Shown here: piece after piece, positions 1-11,863 of the stretch
How positions within the stretch are numbered: position 1 is the first letter of the stretch
Layout: each line of letters begins with the position of its first letter
Assembly (NCBI GenBank): GCA_965248925.1
Contig: CBDFLE010000005.1
Span: 512,001-576,000, forward strand
DNA from: Candidatus Multivoradales bacterium
GTDB taxonomy: Bacteria > Acidobacteriota > Thermoanaerobaculia > Multivoradales > J023
Direction: 5' to 3'
Length of the DNA stretch: 64,000 bases
The notes under the pieces: model-generated
What the model was told of the DNA's origin: nothing
The model's input: the letters and a program-made list of their open reading frames with translations, nothing else
The model's database searches: none
Translations under genes and position numbers: made by a program

Positions 1-475
1 TCTCGGCGCGAGCGAAAGTCCTGCGGGCCAGCTCCTCCTTCGCTTTGGTTTGAAGAAAGGCCGCCTTGGCCTGGCCCAACTCTATCGAGTCGACCTCAGC
101 CAGCCGCTGACCGGCGTCGACGTGCTGGCGGAGGACCACGTTGACTCGATGCACCCGACCGGAAATTCGTGGGCTTACGTGGGCCAGGCGAGTTTGGTCG
201 AAGTCCACTTGCCCAGTGGTCGAAAGCTGGGTGCCAAGGACACGGAGCTGAACCGGCGCGGTGCGGAGGTCGATGCGAGCAGCAGCTTCGGCGGATAGTT
301 CGACGACCCCCGCCGCGGGTTCCTCGGGGTGGACGTAGCCGTCAGCCGGAGCAGCCCCCTTGCTATCTCCTGGGTGGGTCTGCTCCGAGCCTGTTTCAGG
401 ACGGCCGCAAGCCGCCGTGACGATCAGTAGAGCGAGAGTCGCGACGATCAATGAGTGATTTTCCTGGAGATTCAC
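1..475 (-). CDS. Efflux RND transporter periplasmic adaptor subunit, CzcB/CusB family (runs off left edge)
   Basis: Not in the ORF track because it has no stop in the window. Hand translation from GTG at 475: lipobox LLIVTAAC, then STTGQVDFDQTRLAHVSPRISGRVHRVNV..GQRLAEVDSIELGQAKAAFL, typical of heavy-metal MFP barrel/hairpin. Confidence 0.85.
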   Translation of the reverse strand, partial: MNLQENHSLIVATLALLIVTAACGRPETGSEQTHPGDSKGAAPADGYVHPEEPAAGVVELSAEAAARIDLRTAPVQLRVLGTQLSTTGQVDFDQTRLAHVSPRISGRVHRVNVVLRQHVDAGQRLAEVDSIELGQAKAAFLQTKAKEELARRTFARAE

Positions 476-516
476 GGCAGCACCTCGGCATTTCTAAATA
501 TTGCACAGCCTTAATT

Positions 517-529
517 CTTGTCAGACAAG
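517..529. promoter_or_regulatory. Perfect palindrome CTTGTC-A-GACAAG, candidate operator
   Basis: Inverted repeat about 40 nt upstream of the czcB-like start, in an AT-richer patch; resembles GntR-type TTGT-N-ACAA sites. Confidence 0.35.
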
Positions 530-635
530 CGTCTACCGGGAAGATCCAGCGATCGCCCGGTCTCATCCCGCGTCCGGCCGGACCTTGCGGCCGGCGCCAC
601 GAGACGCACCTCACCTATCGATTCCGGGACTCGGT

Positions 636-968
636 TCAGACTTGAGGAGGGCGATCAATGCCCGGCCAGAAGCTGGGCGGCTTTAGGGCTGGAGCCAGTG
701 CTGCTGCGAAAATGGAGCTTTCGAGAACCACCGTGGGTGGGCTCTGTGGGCCGAGAAAGACCAGATTTTGGTGACAGCCGCAGAGGTGAAAGGTCCCATT
801 GCAGCCGTGCTCAGGGCCGTTCGGCTGGTGGTGATCTCCATCGGCTGCCGCATGCGCCAGATGGCCGGCAGTGGCGAGGTGAAAGGCGCTCTCCATGACC
901 TCGGCCGCACCTGGCATTATCGCCAGAGCCAAGATGAGAGCACAGAATCTGCAGCGCCAGGAATTCAT
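636..968 (-). CDS. Small His/Cys-rich exported protein with C-terminal RPP motif (DUF2946/CzcI-like leader)
   Basis: ATG 968; hydrophobic N-terminus; HLATAGHLAH..DHHQ..EHGCNGTFHLCGCH; ends IDRPPQV; TATACT (978-983) 9 nt upstream; lies directly upstream of the RND adaptor. Confidence 0.7.
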   Translation of the reverse strand: MNSWRCRFCALILALAIMPGAAEVMESAFHLATAGHLAHAAADGDHHQPNGPEHGCNGTFHLCGCHQNLVFLGPQSPPTVVLESSIFAAALAPALKPPSFWPGIDRPPQV

Positions 969-1012
969 GAGGGCCAGAGTATACGTTACGGAGCACGGCT
1001 GGGAGAGAAGCG

Positions 1013-1720
1013 TTAGCCCGGCGGTTCCATCGTCGGACCTTGTTCGCTGTCCGAGGACCTGAGGTGTTGATAGATCGCCGCGCCGATCAATGCACCCGAG
1101 ATCGGGCCCAGCCAGTAAAGCCAATGATCCTGCCAAGTTGCCGACAGCAAGGCGGGGCCGAAGGAGCGCGCCGGGTTCATCGAGGCACCGCTGATCGGTC
1201 CACCCCACAGCGCGCCGAGGGCCACCACCGAACCGATGGTGATCGCCGCCAACTCGCCGACCGCGCGGGTATCGGTGGCCACCGCCGTGATGCTGAACAT
1301 CAAGGTGGCAGTCAGCAGTGTTTCGAGAGCTAGAGATTGAAGCGATGAGCCCGTTGGCACGGTCGCGCCGAGTGCCGCCTGGTCACCAAAGAGCCCGAGC
1401 AAGACCGCCGCCCCAAGGCTCGCACCAAGCAGCTGCGCCGCTATGTAGGCAGGCACCTCACGTAGCGGAAAGTGGCGAATGGTGGCGAAGGCGAGGGTCA
1501 CCGCGGGATTCAGGTGAGCGCCGGAGATGTGTCCGGTGACCGCCACCATGACGGTGATCACCAGGCCAAACGCCAGCGCGACGCCGAGATGCCCCAGGGC
1601 GCCGGTCTGGGATTGGACGACGATGGCGCCACAGCCAGCGGTGACCAAGGCAAAAGTGCCCAACGCCTCGGCAAATAGCCGATGCCGGAGGAAAGTTCCG
1701 CCGCGGTTCCCAGCGCTCAC
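1013..1720 (-). CDS. MIP-family aquaglyceroporin (AqpS/NIP-like, probable arsenite channel)
   Basis: SGAHLNPAVT and SGASMNPARS NPA motifs; hydrophobic helices; GTG start overlaps the arsR stop (GTGA). Confidence 0.9.
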   Translation of the reverse strand: MSAGNRGGTFLRHRLFAEALGTFALVTAGCGAIVVQSQTGALGHLGVALAFGLVITVMVAVTGHISGAHLNPAVTLAFATIRHFPLREVPAYIAAQLLGASLGAAVLLGLFGDQAALGATVPTGSSLQSLALETLLTATLMFSITAVATDTRAVGELAAITIGSVVALGALWGGPISGASMNPARSFGPALLSATWQDHWLYWLGPISGALIGAAIYQHLRSSDSEQGPTMEPPG

Positions 1721-2043
1721 AGAGCCGCCGTCAGAACCTTGAGGCGTTCTATCGTCCGCTCCGCTAGGCAGTAGCAAACCCGCGGGGCCTCGACCTCGCC
1801 TCGCACCAGTCCGGCTTGCTTCAGGGTCCGCAAATGCTGCGAGACGGTCGATTGAGCGAGGGGAATGTGAAGCACGATCTCGCCACAGAGGCAACTACCT
1901 CGCCGCGCCAGCAAGCGCAGGATTCGCAAGCGAACGGGATGCCCCAGGGCCTTGAATAGCTCAGCCAGCTCCACATCTGCCGCGTCCCCCTCGAGGGGGC
2001 GAGTGTCAGTTTCCGGCGGGCAGGTACAGCTTTCATCGCTCAT
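1717..2043 (-). CDS. arsR: ArsR/SmtB-family metalloregulator
   Basis: FKALGHPVRLRIL..SCLCGEI..LAQSTVSQHLRTLKQAGLV; Cys pairs CTC, CLC and CYC. Confidence 0.9.
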   Translation of the reverse strand: MSDESCTCPPETDTRPLEGDAADVELAELFKALGHPVRLRILRLLARRGSCLCGEIVLHIPLAQSTVSQHLRTLKQAGLVRGEVEAPRVCYCLAERTIERLKVLTAAL

Positions 2044-2081
2044 CGTAGATGTACGATAAAGGCTGTAGAACCGGCTGTCAA
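2042..2081 (-). promoter_or_regulatory. Sigma70 promoter of arsR with overlapping palindromic operator
   Basis: Minus strand TTGACA (2076-2081)-17 nt-TATCGT (2053-2058); palindrome ATCGTA-GATG-TACGAT (2042-2057) covers the -10 and the start codon. Confidence 0.75.
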
Positions 2082-2192
2082 TCCACGCTCTCCAAGGAAG
2101 CAGGGCGTTAAGAGCCCGATCGTGTTGTCCAGTCGATTGAAGAAACTGGCTCAATGTCGAGCAAGCCCCGCCCCGCGGAGGGCGCCGCTAAC

Positions 2193-4748
2193 TCAACCAC
2201 GAGGGCCGCGGTCTTTGGTTTTCCACGAATCCTGCACTGCGGTCCAGTCTTTGATCTGGGAGGGCATGCGCTCGCCTTCTTTGGGCAGGTAGTAGGCTTC
2301 TTGCTGGTACCACGGCAGGAGCATGATGCGCTGCCATTGCTCGCTGTAGGCGCGTTCGGGTTCGGTGCCTTCGACGAAGATCTCTTTTCGTTTGGCTTCT
2401 GCCTCGGGGCTCCAGCGCAGGCCAGTGGCTGGTTCGATTTCTACCTCGACCAGGCCCGGTGGGCGGCGGAAAGTCTCGCCGCTGCCTAGCCAGCCGTCTT
2501 CGAGACCGCGCTCGATTAGTAGTTTCCAGATCGGTAGGGCGGCGGCGGCACCGGTCATGCCGCGGCCGATAGAGCTGTTCTTGTCGTAACCCACCCAAGA
2601 GACGATGGTGTAGCGCGGGGTGAAGCCTGCGAACCAGGCGTCGGAGTAGCGGTCGGTGGTGCCGGTCTTGCCCCCTAAATCAATATCAAAGTTGGCCAGA
2701 GCATGGCCGGTGCCGTGGTCGACCACCCCTTTGAGCATGCGGGTAAGTACGTAGGCTACTTCCGGCTCCATCGCTTTCTGCGCTTGGGGTGGATGTTCTT
2801 CGATCACTCGGCCGTCACGACTGAGAATGCGCTCGATCAAGTAGGGCTCGACGAAGACTCCGTGATTGACGATGGCGGCGTAGGCGGCGGCCAACTCTAG
2901 CGGCGTCAAGTCGGCGGCTCCCAAGGCCAAACTGGGGTAAGGAGGCAGGTTGGATTGCATGCCGCAGCGGCGGGCGAAGTCGACCACTTGCTGGGCGCCG
3001 ACCAGGTCGAGCAATTTGACCGCTGAGACGTTGACCGATCTCTCGAGCGCGCGCCGCAAGGTGATGATGCCGTGGTATTTGCGCTTGTTGTTGCGTGGGC
3101 TGTAGGAGTCGTCCTCAGTGGCGCCAGGAAAGAGCACCGGGCCGTCGAAGATGGTGTCGGCGGCAGTGAAGCCGTTTTCGAGGGCGGCGCCGTAGACGAA
3201 GGGTTTGAAGGCCGAGCCGACTTGCCTCCGGGCCTGGGTGGCGCGGTTGAATTCGTTGCGCTGGTAGTCCCAACCGCCGATCATCGCTCGCACCGCGCCA
3301 GTGGCCGACTCCAGCACCACCACGGCCGCTTCGAGTTCGGGTTCCTGGGTCAGCATCAGTCGCAGCGGCAGCTCTTCGTCTGCTTGCGGTGAAAAATAAA
3401 ACCAGGCGACATCGGCGGGTTTCAAGAGGTCTTTCGGCCGTTTCTTGCGCGTCCATCGGAACCCTTTGGGGATGAGTTCGAAGACCTTTCCGGCGATCTT
3501 CACCTGGGCGGTTTTGGCACCGCTGGTGAGCACGATGCCTCGGTACCAGTGGCCAGGGATGAGTTCCTCGTCGCTTTTCCAAGAAGGGAGCGCCAGATCT
3601 TCGATGGCCTCCTCACCAGGTTCGAGATGGTCGATCGGGCCGCGCCAGCCTTTGCGCTGGTCTAGCTTCTGCAAGCCTTGACGCACGGCATATTCGGCGG
3701 CTCTTTGAATACCACGGTCGAGGGTGGTCTGCACCTCTAGACCGCGGTCATAGAGTATGTCGGTGCCGTAGGTCTTGGCCAGGTAGCGGCGGATTTCTTC
3801 GGCGTAATAGGGGCCGATCTGCCTTTCCCGCTGGCGTTGGGCGGTCAAGATGGGCTGGATGATCGCCTCTTGGTACTGCTGGGAGTCGATGTAGCCTTCG
3901 TCGAGCATCCGCTTGAGAACTACGTTGCGGCGCTTCTTGGTCCGTTCTTTGTTGTTGTAGGGGCTGTGGCTGGCCGGCCGCTGGGGGATACCGGCCAAGG
4001 TGGCGGCTTCGGCCAATGTCAGATCGGCCACGGTCTTGTTGAAATAAGCTTGAGCCGCCGCTTCGACACTGTAGTTACCGTGGCCGTAGTTGATCAGGTT
4101 GACGTACATGGTGAGGATCTGCTGCTTGCTGAACTGCTTTTCCAGATGCACGGCGGTGAAAGACTCTTCGATCTTGCGTTTCCAGGTCCGCTCACGGGTG
4201 TAGAACAACTCGCGGGCTAATTGCATGGTGATCGTCGAGGCGCCTTCGGTGCGCTTGCCGGTGATGTAGTTCTTGAGTAGCGCCCGGGCGACGCCCTTGA
4301 GGTCGATGCCGCCGTGGCGGTAGAAGTTGGCGTCTTCGACCGCCACCGTAGCGTCGTGCAGCAGCGGTGGAATCTCACCTTCTTTTAGCAGAATGCGGTT
4401 CTCCCGCGAATAGCTGCGGAAGGTCTGGCCGCCGCGGTCTTGCAGGTGAGTCACCAGTTTGGGGACAAAGTCCTCCAACGCCTTGTCGATCTCCGGCATG
4501 TGGATCGAGGCGGCGACGCCGATGCCGGTGGCGGTCGCCGCAACGACGGTCAACAGGGGCAGGCCCAGCCAGCGCAGCAAGTAGCGACGACGACGCGGCT
4601 CAGGAGCAGGAGGCTCAAGGCCGTGGCGTGGTCCGCGGTCAGCTTGCGCGGCGGGAGCATTGGCGCTCTGGCCGTGGTCCAGCCGCGCCTGGTCGATCGG
4701 CTGGTCTTTGTTGGCGGGCGATCCCTCTGGCTCTGGCTTTCCATCCAT
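2193..4748 (-). CDS. Class A penicillin-binding protein (PBP1A family)
   Basis: TM anchor; transglycosylase EDANFYRHGG and GASTITMQL; transpeptidase SAFK, SVN and KTGT. Start placed at ATG 4748 (TATAAT 6 nt upstream). Confidence 0.93.
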   Translation of the reverse strand: MDGKPEPEGSPANKDQPIDQARLDHGQSANAPAAQADRGPRHGLEPPAPEPRRRRYLLRWLGLPLLTVVAATATGIGVAASIHMPEIDKALEDFVPKLVTHLQDRGGQTFRSYSRENRILLKEGEIPPLLHDATVAVEDANFYRHGGIDLKGVARALLKNYITGKRTEGASTITMQLARELFYTRERTWKRKIEESFTAVHLEKQFSKQQILTMYVNLINYGHGNYSVEAAAQAYFNKTVADLTLAEAATLAGIPQRPASHSPYNNKERTKKRRNVVLKRMLDEGYIDSQQYQEAIIQPILTAQRQRERQIGPYYAEEIRRYLAKTYGTDILYDRGLEVQTTLDRGIQRAAEYAVRQGLQKLDQRKGWRGPIDHLEPGEEAIEDLALPSWKSDEELIPGHWYRGIVLTSGAKTAQVKIAGKVFELIPKGFRWTRKKRPKDLLKPADVAWFYFSPQADEELPLRLMLTQEPELEAAVVVLESATGAVRAMIGGWDYQRNEFNRATQARRQVGSAFKPFVYGAALENGFTAADTIFDGPVLFPGATEDDSYSPRNNKRKYHGIITLRRALERSVNVSAVKLLDLVGAQQVVDFARRCGMQSNLPPYPSLALGAADLTPLELAAAYAAIVNHGVFVEPYLIERILSRDGRVIEEHPPQAQKAMEPEVAYVLTRMLKGVVDHGTGHALANFDIDLGGKTGTTDRYSDAWFAGFTPRYTIVSWVGYDKNSSIGRGMTGAAAALPIWKLLIERGLEDGWLGSGETFRRPPGLVEVEIEPATGLRWSPEAEAKRKEIFVEGTEPERAYSEQWQRIMLLPWYQQEAYYLPKEGERMPSQIKDWTAVQDSWKTKDRGPRG

Positions 4749-4833
4749 GGACTGATTATAAGCAGTGGATTGTGTCGATGCCGAGGCAGGGGCAGAGCAT
4801 TTCGCCGCCGAGACCGCTCGGTCCCCCTGGTTG

Positions 4834-5724
4834 CTAGTCGGAGTTAGGCTGCCAGGGCTGGCGCAGCAAGGCCACTCGGTAGTCGTCGATGCGTTCGAAA
4901 CCCAGCGCGGCGTAGGCCCGGCGAGCGGGCTGGTTGCTGTCTTCGGTGAACAGCACCGCTCGCGGTGTGCCACGGGCTTGGCTGGCGCGTAGCGAGGCGG
5001 CGACAGCTGCCCGGCCATAGCCGCGACCGCGCAGGCCCGGTGGGGTGTAGACGCCGCCAACTTGGACGATCTCTGGCAAGACGGCGTTGAAGGAACTGGA
5101 AGCGACGGCCTGGCCAGCATTTTCCAGCACCCAGGTCTGCCCAGAGTCGAGGGAGCGCTGCATGTCCTGGCGGCATTTGTTGTGCAAATCCGGACCATCG
5201 TCCAGGCCCAGTGCTTCCACACAGTAGGCCAACCGCCAAGCCGTTTCGCGGGTCAGATCGTCGCCGGTCATCACTCTGCCGGTGAGCACTCCGGCGGCGA
5301 GCAGCTGGGGAACGCGGAGCTGGGCGAGGTCAAGTGCGTAGAGACCTTCCGGGCCATCTAGTGCCAGGTCATCCGGGTGGATGCCGAGCAGGCGCATGGC
5401 ATCCACCACCTGGTGGTCGGGGCCGATGATTCCAGCCACTGGCCTGAGTCCCAGGTTGCTGAGGAAAGTGAGCAGCGCCGCCAGTCCGCGCGGAGCTTGC
5501 AGGAGGATATTGCCGTTCCAACACAGCGCTGCCACACCGACTAGTCGCTGCTGCTCAACCGCCGCCAAGTAAGTTGCTTGCAAGGGTTGACCGCGATCCA
5601 CCAAGCCGGCCCGGCGAGAGTTGTTGAGCAGGAACATCGAGGACTCGATCCGCGGACCGAGGAAGTCTTCCAGCAGTGGCTGTTGGTGCTGATCCAGAAG
5701 CCTGATTTGCGGTTCTTGAGGCAT
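4834..5724 (-). CDS. GNAT-family N-acetyltransferase
   Basis: C-terminal VGGVYTPPGLRGRGYG acetyl-CoA motif and NQPARRAYAALGF. Confidence 0.85.
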   Translation of the reverse strand: MPQEPQIRLLDQHQQPLLEDFLGPRIESSMFLLNNSRRAGLVDRGQPLQATYLAAVEQQRLVGVAALCWNGNILLQAPRGLAALLTFLSNLGLRPVAGIIGPDHQVVDAMRLLGIHPDDLALDGPEGLYALDLAQLRVPQLLAAGVLTGRVMTGDDLTRETAWRLAYCVEALGLDDGPDLHNKCRQDMQRSLDSGQTWVLENAGQAVASSSFNAVLPEIVQVGGVYTPPGLRGRGYGRAAVAASLRASQARGTPRAVLFTEDSNQPARRAYAALGFERIDDYRVALLRQPWQPNSD

Positions 5725-5880
5725 CTGATCCTCGCTTGTCTTAGCCGGGTGAACTGGGCGTAGGCGGGGGGCGATGACCACCCTCTGCTCGCTTTCGACT
5801 TACGCCCGCTTTGCGGTAGGGTCGGCGGGCAGTGATCATACTATCGGCGCCGTCGTCGGTCGCCCATCCAAGGAGAGTGA

Positions 5881-7869
<1,989 letters not shown>

Positions 7870-7901
7870 GCAGACTCGGTCCACGCTAGCATGCCGTCGC
7901 C

Positions 7902-9737
7902 ATGGCCCACCCCCAGGTTCAACAACGCATCCGCCAGCTGCCCGAGAAGCCGGGAATCTACATTTTTCGCGATGGCGATGGCCAGCCGCTCTATGTCGGC
8001 AAGGCGAAATCGCTGCGCAAGCGCGGTGGCAACTATTTGCGCGAGAGCCAGGAACCGCGCCTGGCCGCCATGCTGGAGGATGCGCGGGAACTCGACTTCG
8101 TGCTCACCGGCACCGAAGCCGAGGCCCTGGGAGTCGAGAATGCGTGGATCAAGCAGCACCAACCGCGCTTCAATATTCGTTTGCGGGACGATAAGACCTA
8201 TCCCTACCTCAAACTCACTCTGCGGCAGAAGACGCCGCGGATCGCCTTCACCCGGCGTATTCTCGACGATGGGGCTGAGTATTTTGGCCCTTATCTGCCG
8301 GCGGGTTTGGCGCGCAAGGCGATCAAGCTGGTGCAGAAATTGTTTCAGGTGCGCATTTGCCGCATTCCGATCGATGGCCAGTTGCCGCGCCCTTGTCTCT
8401 TCTGGGATATGCGGCGTTGTCTCGGTCCCTGCGTCGATGGCTTGACCAGCCACTCGGCCTATGCCGCCGCGGTCGAACAAGCACGGCTCTTCCTCGCTGG
8501 CCGCAATGACCAGCTGCTGCGCCAGCTCAAGCAGCAGATGCAAGTCGCCGCCGAGCAGCTCGAGTTCGAAGAGGCAGCCCGGCTGCGCGACTTGATCGCC
8601 GAAATCAACGAAATCGGCCAGCGTCGGCGGCTGTCCTCGCTCCGTGGCGAGGATGTCGACGTCTTTGGCGCCCACGTTGCGGCCGGCAATGTCTCGCTGA
8701 CCATTCTGGTGATGCGCGGTGGCCATTTGCTCGATCGCCGAGAGTTGTTTTGGGAAGGGCAAGGTGAGATCGAGGTCTCGCGTCTTCTTTCTGAGGTCTT
8801 GCCGCAGATTTACGATCGCACGACTTTCGTCCCCAAGGAGGTGCATCTGCCGGCGCCGGTGGATGATGATGAGCTGCTCGCCGAATGGCTCAGTGAGCGT
8901 AAGGGAGAGCGAGTCTATCTGCGAGTTCCATCACGGGGGACCAAGGCCGATCGGGTGCGGCTGGCGGTACGCAATGCCGAATTGGCCTGGAAGCGGCGCT
9001 TCCGCACCGAGAGCCGCGGCGCGGTGGCAGCCCGGGCGTTGCGCCAACACCTCGACCTCAGCGAGCCGCCGCAGCGCATCGAAGGCTTCGACATCTCCCA
9101 TTTCCAGGGTTCGCAGACGGTGGCATCGTTGGTGGTTTGGGAGGCTGGCAAGATGCTCAAGAGCGACTATCGGAGCTTCAACATCCGTGACCTCGACCGG
9201 CCAGACGACTTCGCCGCGATGCGCCAAGCGGTGCTGCGGCGCTATCGGCGACGCTTGGAGGAAGTCGGCGCGATGCCTGATCTGGTGTTGGTCGATGGGG
9301 GTCGAGGACAACTCAACGCCGCCCTCGACGCTCTGGCCGAACTTGGCGTCGAGGAAACGCCGATCGTCGGTTTGGCGAAACGTCAGGAGGAGATCTACCT
9401 TCCCCAACGTCCTGAGCCTTTGCGTTTGCCGCGCAGTGATTCCGGTTTGCAGCTGCTGCAAGAGATCCGCGATGAGTCGCATCGCTTCGCGGTGGCCAAA
9501 CACCGTAGCCGGCGCCGCCGCAGCAGCATGAGTAGCAGCCTCGATCAGCTGCCCGGAGTGGGTCCTAAGCGGCGGCGAGCGCTGCTGCGCCGCTTCGGCA
9601 GCATCCAGGGGGTGCGCGAGGCTGCTGCAGATCAGCTGATTGAGGTGTTGGGGCAGAAACTCGGGCAGGCGGTTCATTGGCAGCTGCATCGAGCTGTCGA
9701 GGATGCTGTGAAATCCAATCCGGGTAGCAATGTCTAG
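7902..9737 (+). CDS. uvrC: Excinuclease ABC subunit C
   Basis: GIY-YIG N-terminus, UVR domain, RIEGFDISH, DGGRGQL, RDESHRFA, HhH. Confidence 0.96.
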   Translation: MAHPQVQQRIRQLPEKPGIYIFRDGDGQPLYVGKAKSLRKRGGNYLRESQEPRLAAMLEDARELDFVLTGTEAEALGVENAWIKQHQPRFNIRLRDDKTYPYLKLTLRQKTPRIAFTRRILDDGAEYFGPYLPAGLARKAIKLVQKLFQVRICRIPIDGQLPRPCLFWDMRRCLGPCVDGLTSHSAYAAAVEQARLFLAGRNDQLLRQLKQQMQVAAEQLEFEEAARLRDLIAEINEIGQRRRLSSLRGEDVDVFGAHVAAGNVSLTILVMRGGHLLDRRELFWEGQGEIEVSRLLSEVLPQIYDRTTFVPKEVHLPAPVDDDELLAEWLSERKGERVYLRVPSRGTKADRVRLAVRNAELAWKRRFRTESRGAVAARALRQHLDLSEPPQRIEGFDISHFQGSQTVASLVVWEAGKMLKSDYRSFNIRDLDRPDDFAAMRQAVLRRYRRRLEEVGAMPDLVLVDGGRGQLNAALDALAELGVEETPIVGLAKRQEEIYLPQRPEPLRLPRSDSGLQLLQEIRDESHRFAVAKHRSRRRRSSMSSSLDQLPGVGPKRRRALLRRFGSIQGVREAAADQLIEVLGQKLGQAVHWQLHRAVEDAVKSNPGSNV

Positions 9738-9937
9738 ATCAAGCTTTTTGCGATATCCTTGAACGGACTTCGCGGCCTGTTGATGGCGACCCCGCCCTTC
9801 TGTGGGTCGCATCCGCCACAGAGGAATACTAGCTTGATGATTGCATCTTTCCGAGTCCACAAGCCCCAATCGCCTGAGGGTTGCTGGGGAGCGCCAGTAG
9901 GGGTGCGGATTCGAGCGGGCGGGGAGGGTGTCTGAGG

Positions 9938-11395
9938 GTGGCGAAGAAGCTCCTGCTCGAAGTCGTTCGCACGGTCTACATGAGACGCCTGTCCGGGGTC
10001 GTGGAAGTGCAGGTCGGTGCCCAGCCGACACGCCTTCGCTTTCGCCAGGGTGAGATGTTCGTCGCCCGTGACCATCCGAGTGCCGAGGCCCTAGGGCAGA
10101 TCGTGAGCGAACGAGCGGCCGGTCAACAGCAGCGTCACAGCGAGCCGCTACTCTTGCAGATGAGCGAAGAAATCGGCCGTGGCTATGCCGCGTGGGTAAG
10201 CCAGCCGGCGCGCTTCCTGCTCGGCGCGGAGGGGGATTGCGTCGGCCCGCTATCGACCGCCCGGGTGGTGATGAAGATGGCGGTGCATGGTTGCGATAAC
10301 GGGCGGCTGATGGCCCGCTTGGGTGGGCCGGGCGTGCGCTTGCGCAGCGAACCTCACTCGCCGGCCATGCGCCATCTGCGGCGTCTCGATCCGACCATGG
10401 CGCGCCTGCTCGAGTGGTTGGCCAAGCCGCAGCCGGTGAGCGACTTGCTCGGCGGCCAGGAGGATACTTCCGATCGCTTGCGGGCGCTGGTTCAGCTGTG
10501 GTCGGTCGGCCTGGTTATCGAGAGCCAAGAGAGTGAAGCGCGCTCGCCGACGATCGCCCCTGGGGGGCTGGTGCTGACCGAGAAGCTGCTGCGCCGATTC
10601 TCGGATCGGATCGCCGAAGATCTCAGTGCCGATCCTCTAGATGTGGCACGTACAGAGCATCGGCAGCAGTTGGCCAATCTACTGGGCAACCTGGGCGAAT
10701 TGAGCCACTACGATCTTCTTAAGGTGGCGATTAAGGCGGAGACGCCCGAGATCCATGCGGCCTATAATGAGTTGGGCCGTCTGGTCCATCCCAGCCATGC
10801 TGCGGCCTTGGGTTTGGCCGGTCGCGAGGCAGCGCTGCAGGTGCTCTTCGAGCGCGCGACAGAAGCCTATTTGACGCTTTCGGATCCCCGCCGTCGCAGT
10901 AGCTACAACCTGCTCACCGACATGCCCGTCCAGGTCAAAGTCGACCGGCAGAAGCGCGATGAGGAGCGCCAGCAGTTGGCCGTGGAGCACTACCGCAGAG
11001 CCACCCAATTCCTCTCTGCGATGGACTACTCGATCGCTGTGGATCTGCTCAAGGAGGCCGTTCGCCTTGATCCTCAGGCCCGCTATTTCGCCCTGCTGGG
11101 TCAGGCTCAGGCAAAGAACCCACGCTGGTTCCGCCACGCCTTGGGGAACTATAAGCAGGCCGCCGAACTCGATCCGGACGACGCAGGCATTCGGGCCGCT
11201 TTCGGCGAGCTGCTAGAGCGCATGGAGCGCTTCAGCGAAGCCCGCACTCAATACCAGAGCGCCCTCAGATTGATGCCCGACCATGTCGGTGCCGAGGAAG
11301 GGTTGGGCCGCCTGGGCGGTGTTCGTCTTGCCAAGGCTGGGAGCAAGGTACGGGGGGGGTTGCGCGGCCTCTTCGGCCGCAGCGGCGAAGACTAG
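9938..11395 (+). CDS. J-like domain plus TPR protein (probable DUF4388-like N-terminus)
   Basis: HYDLLKV..EIHAAYNELGRLVHPS..ATEAYLTLSDPRRRSSYN followed by TPR repeats; start uncertain. Confidence 0.75.
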   Translation: MAKKLLLEVVRTVYMRRLSGVVEVQVGAQPTRLRFRQGEMFVARDHPSAEALGQIVSERAAGQQQRHSEPLLLQMSEEIGRGYAAWVSQPARFLLGAEGDCVGPLSTARVVMKMAVHGCDNGRLMARLGGPGVRLRSEPHSPAMRHLRRLDPTMARLLEWLAKPQPVSDLLGGQEDTSDRLRALVQLWSVGLVIESQESEARSPTIAPGGLVLTEKLLRRFSDRIAEDLSADPLDVARTEHRQQLANLLGNLGELSHYDLLKVAIKAETPEIHAAYNELGRLVHPSHAAALGLAGREAALQVLFERATEAYLTLSDPRRRSSYNLLTDMPVQVKVDRQKRDEERQQLAVEHYRRATQFLSAMDYSIAVDLLKEAVRLDPQARYFALLGQAQAKNPRWFRHALGNYKQAAELDPDDAGIRAAFGELLERMERFSEARTQYQSALRLMPDHVGAEEGLGRLGGVRLAKAGSKVRGGLRGLFGRSGED

Positions 11396-11427
11396 AGACA
11401 GCCCGTAGATTTGATACTATCGGTTTC

Positions 11428-11830
<403 letters not shown>

Positions 11831-11863
11831 ATTCTTCAGCAATACTTGACCGCCAATTTGCCA

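Noticed and set aside
476-635. NiCo (czcD) riboswitch
   Set aside because: Hairpins are present but I could not match the four-way-junction consensus by eye.
4749-5222. N-terminal extension of PBP1A in the ORF track (likewise aquaporin to 1894, kinase to 39151, speB to 41791, Calx-beta to 52927)
   Set aside because: The extensions overlap real genes or promoters and lack family features; downstream starts have -10 or SD support.
9745-9900. Possible ncRNA between uvrC and the J-TPR gene (overlapping stems GCGACCC/GGGTCGC and CTGTGG/CCACAG)
   Set aside because: Short stems are expected at this GC content and no family motif was recognised.
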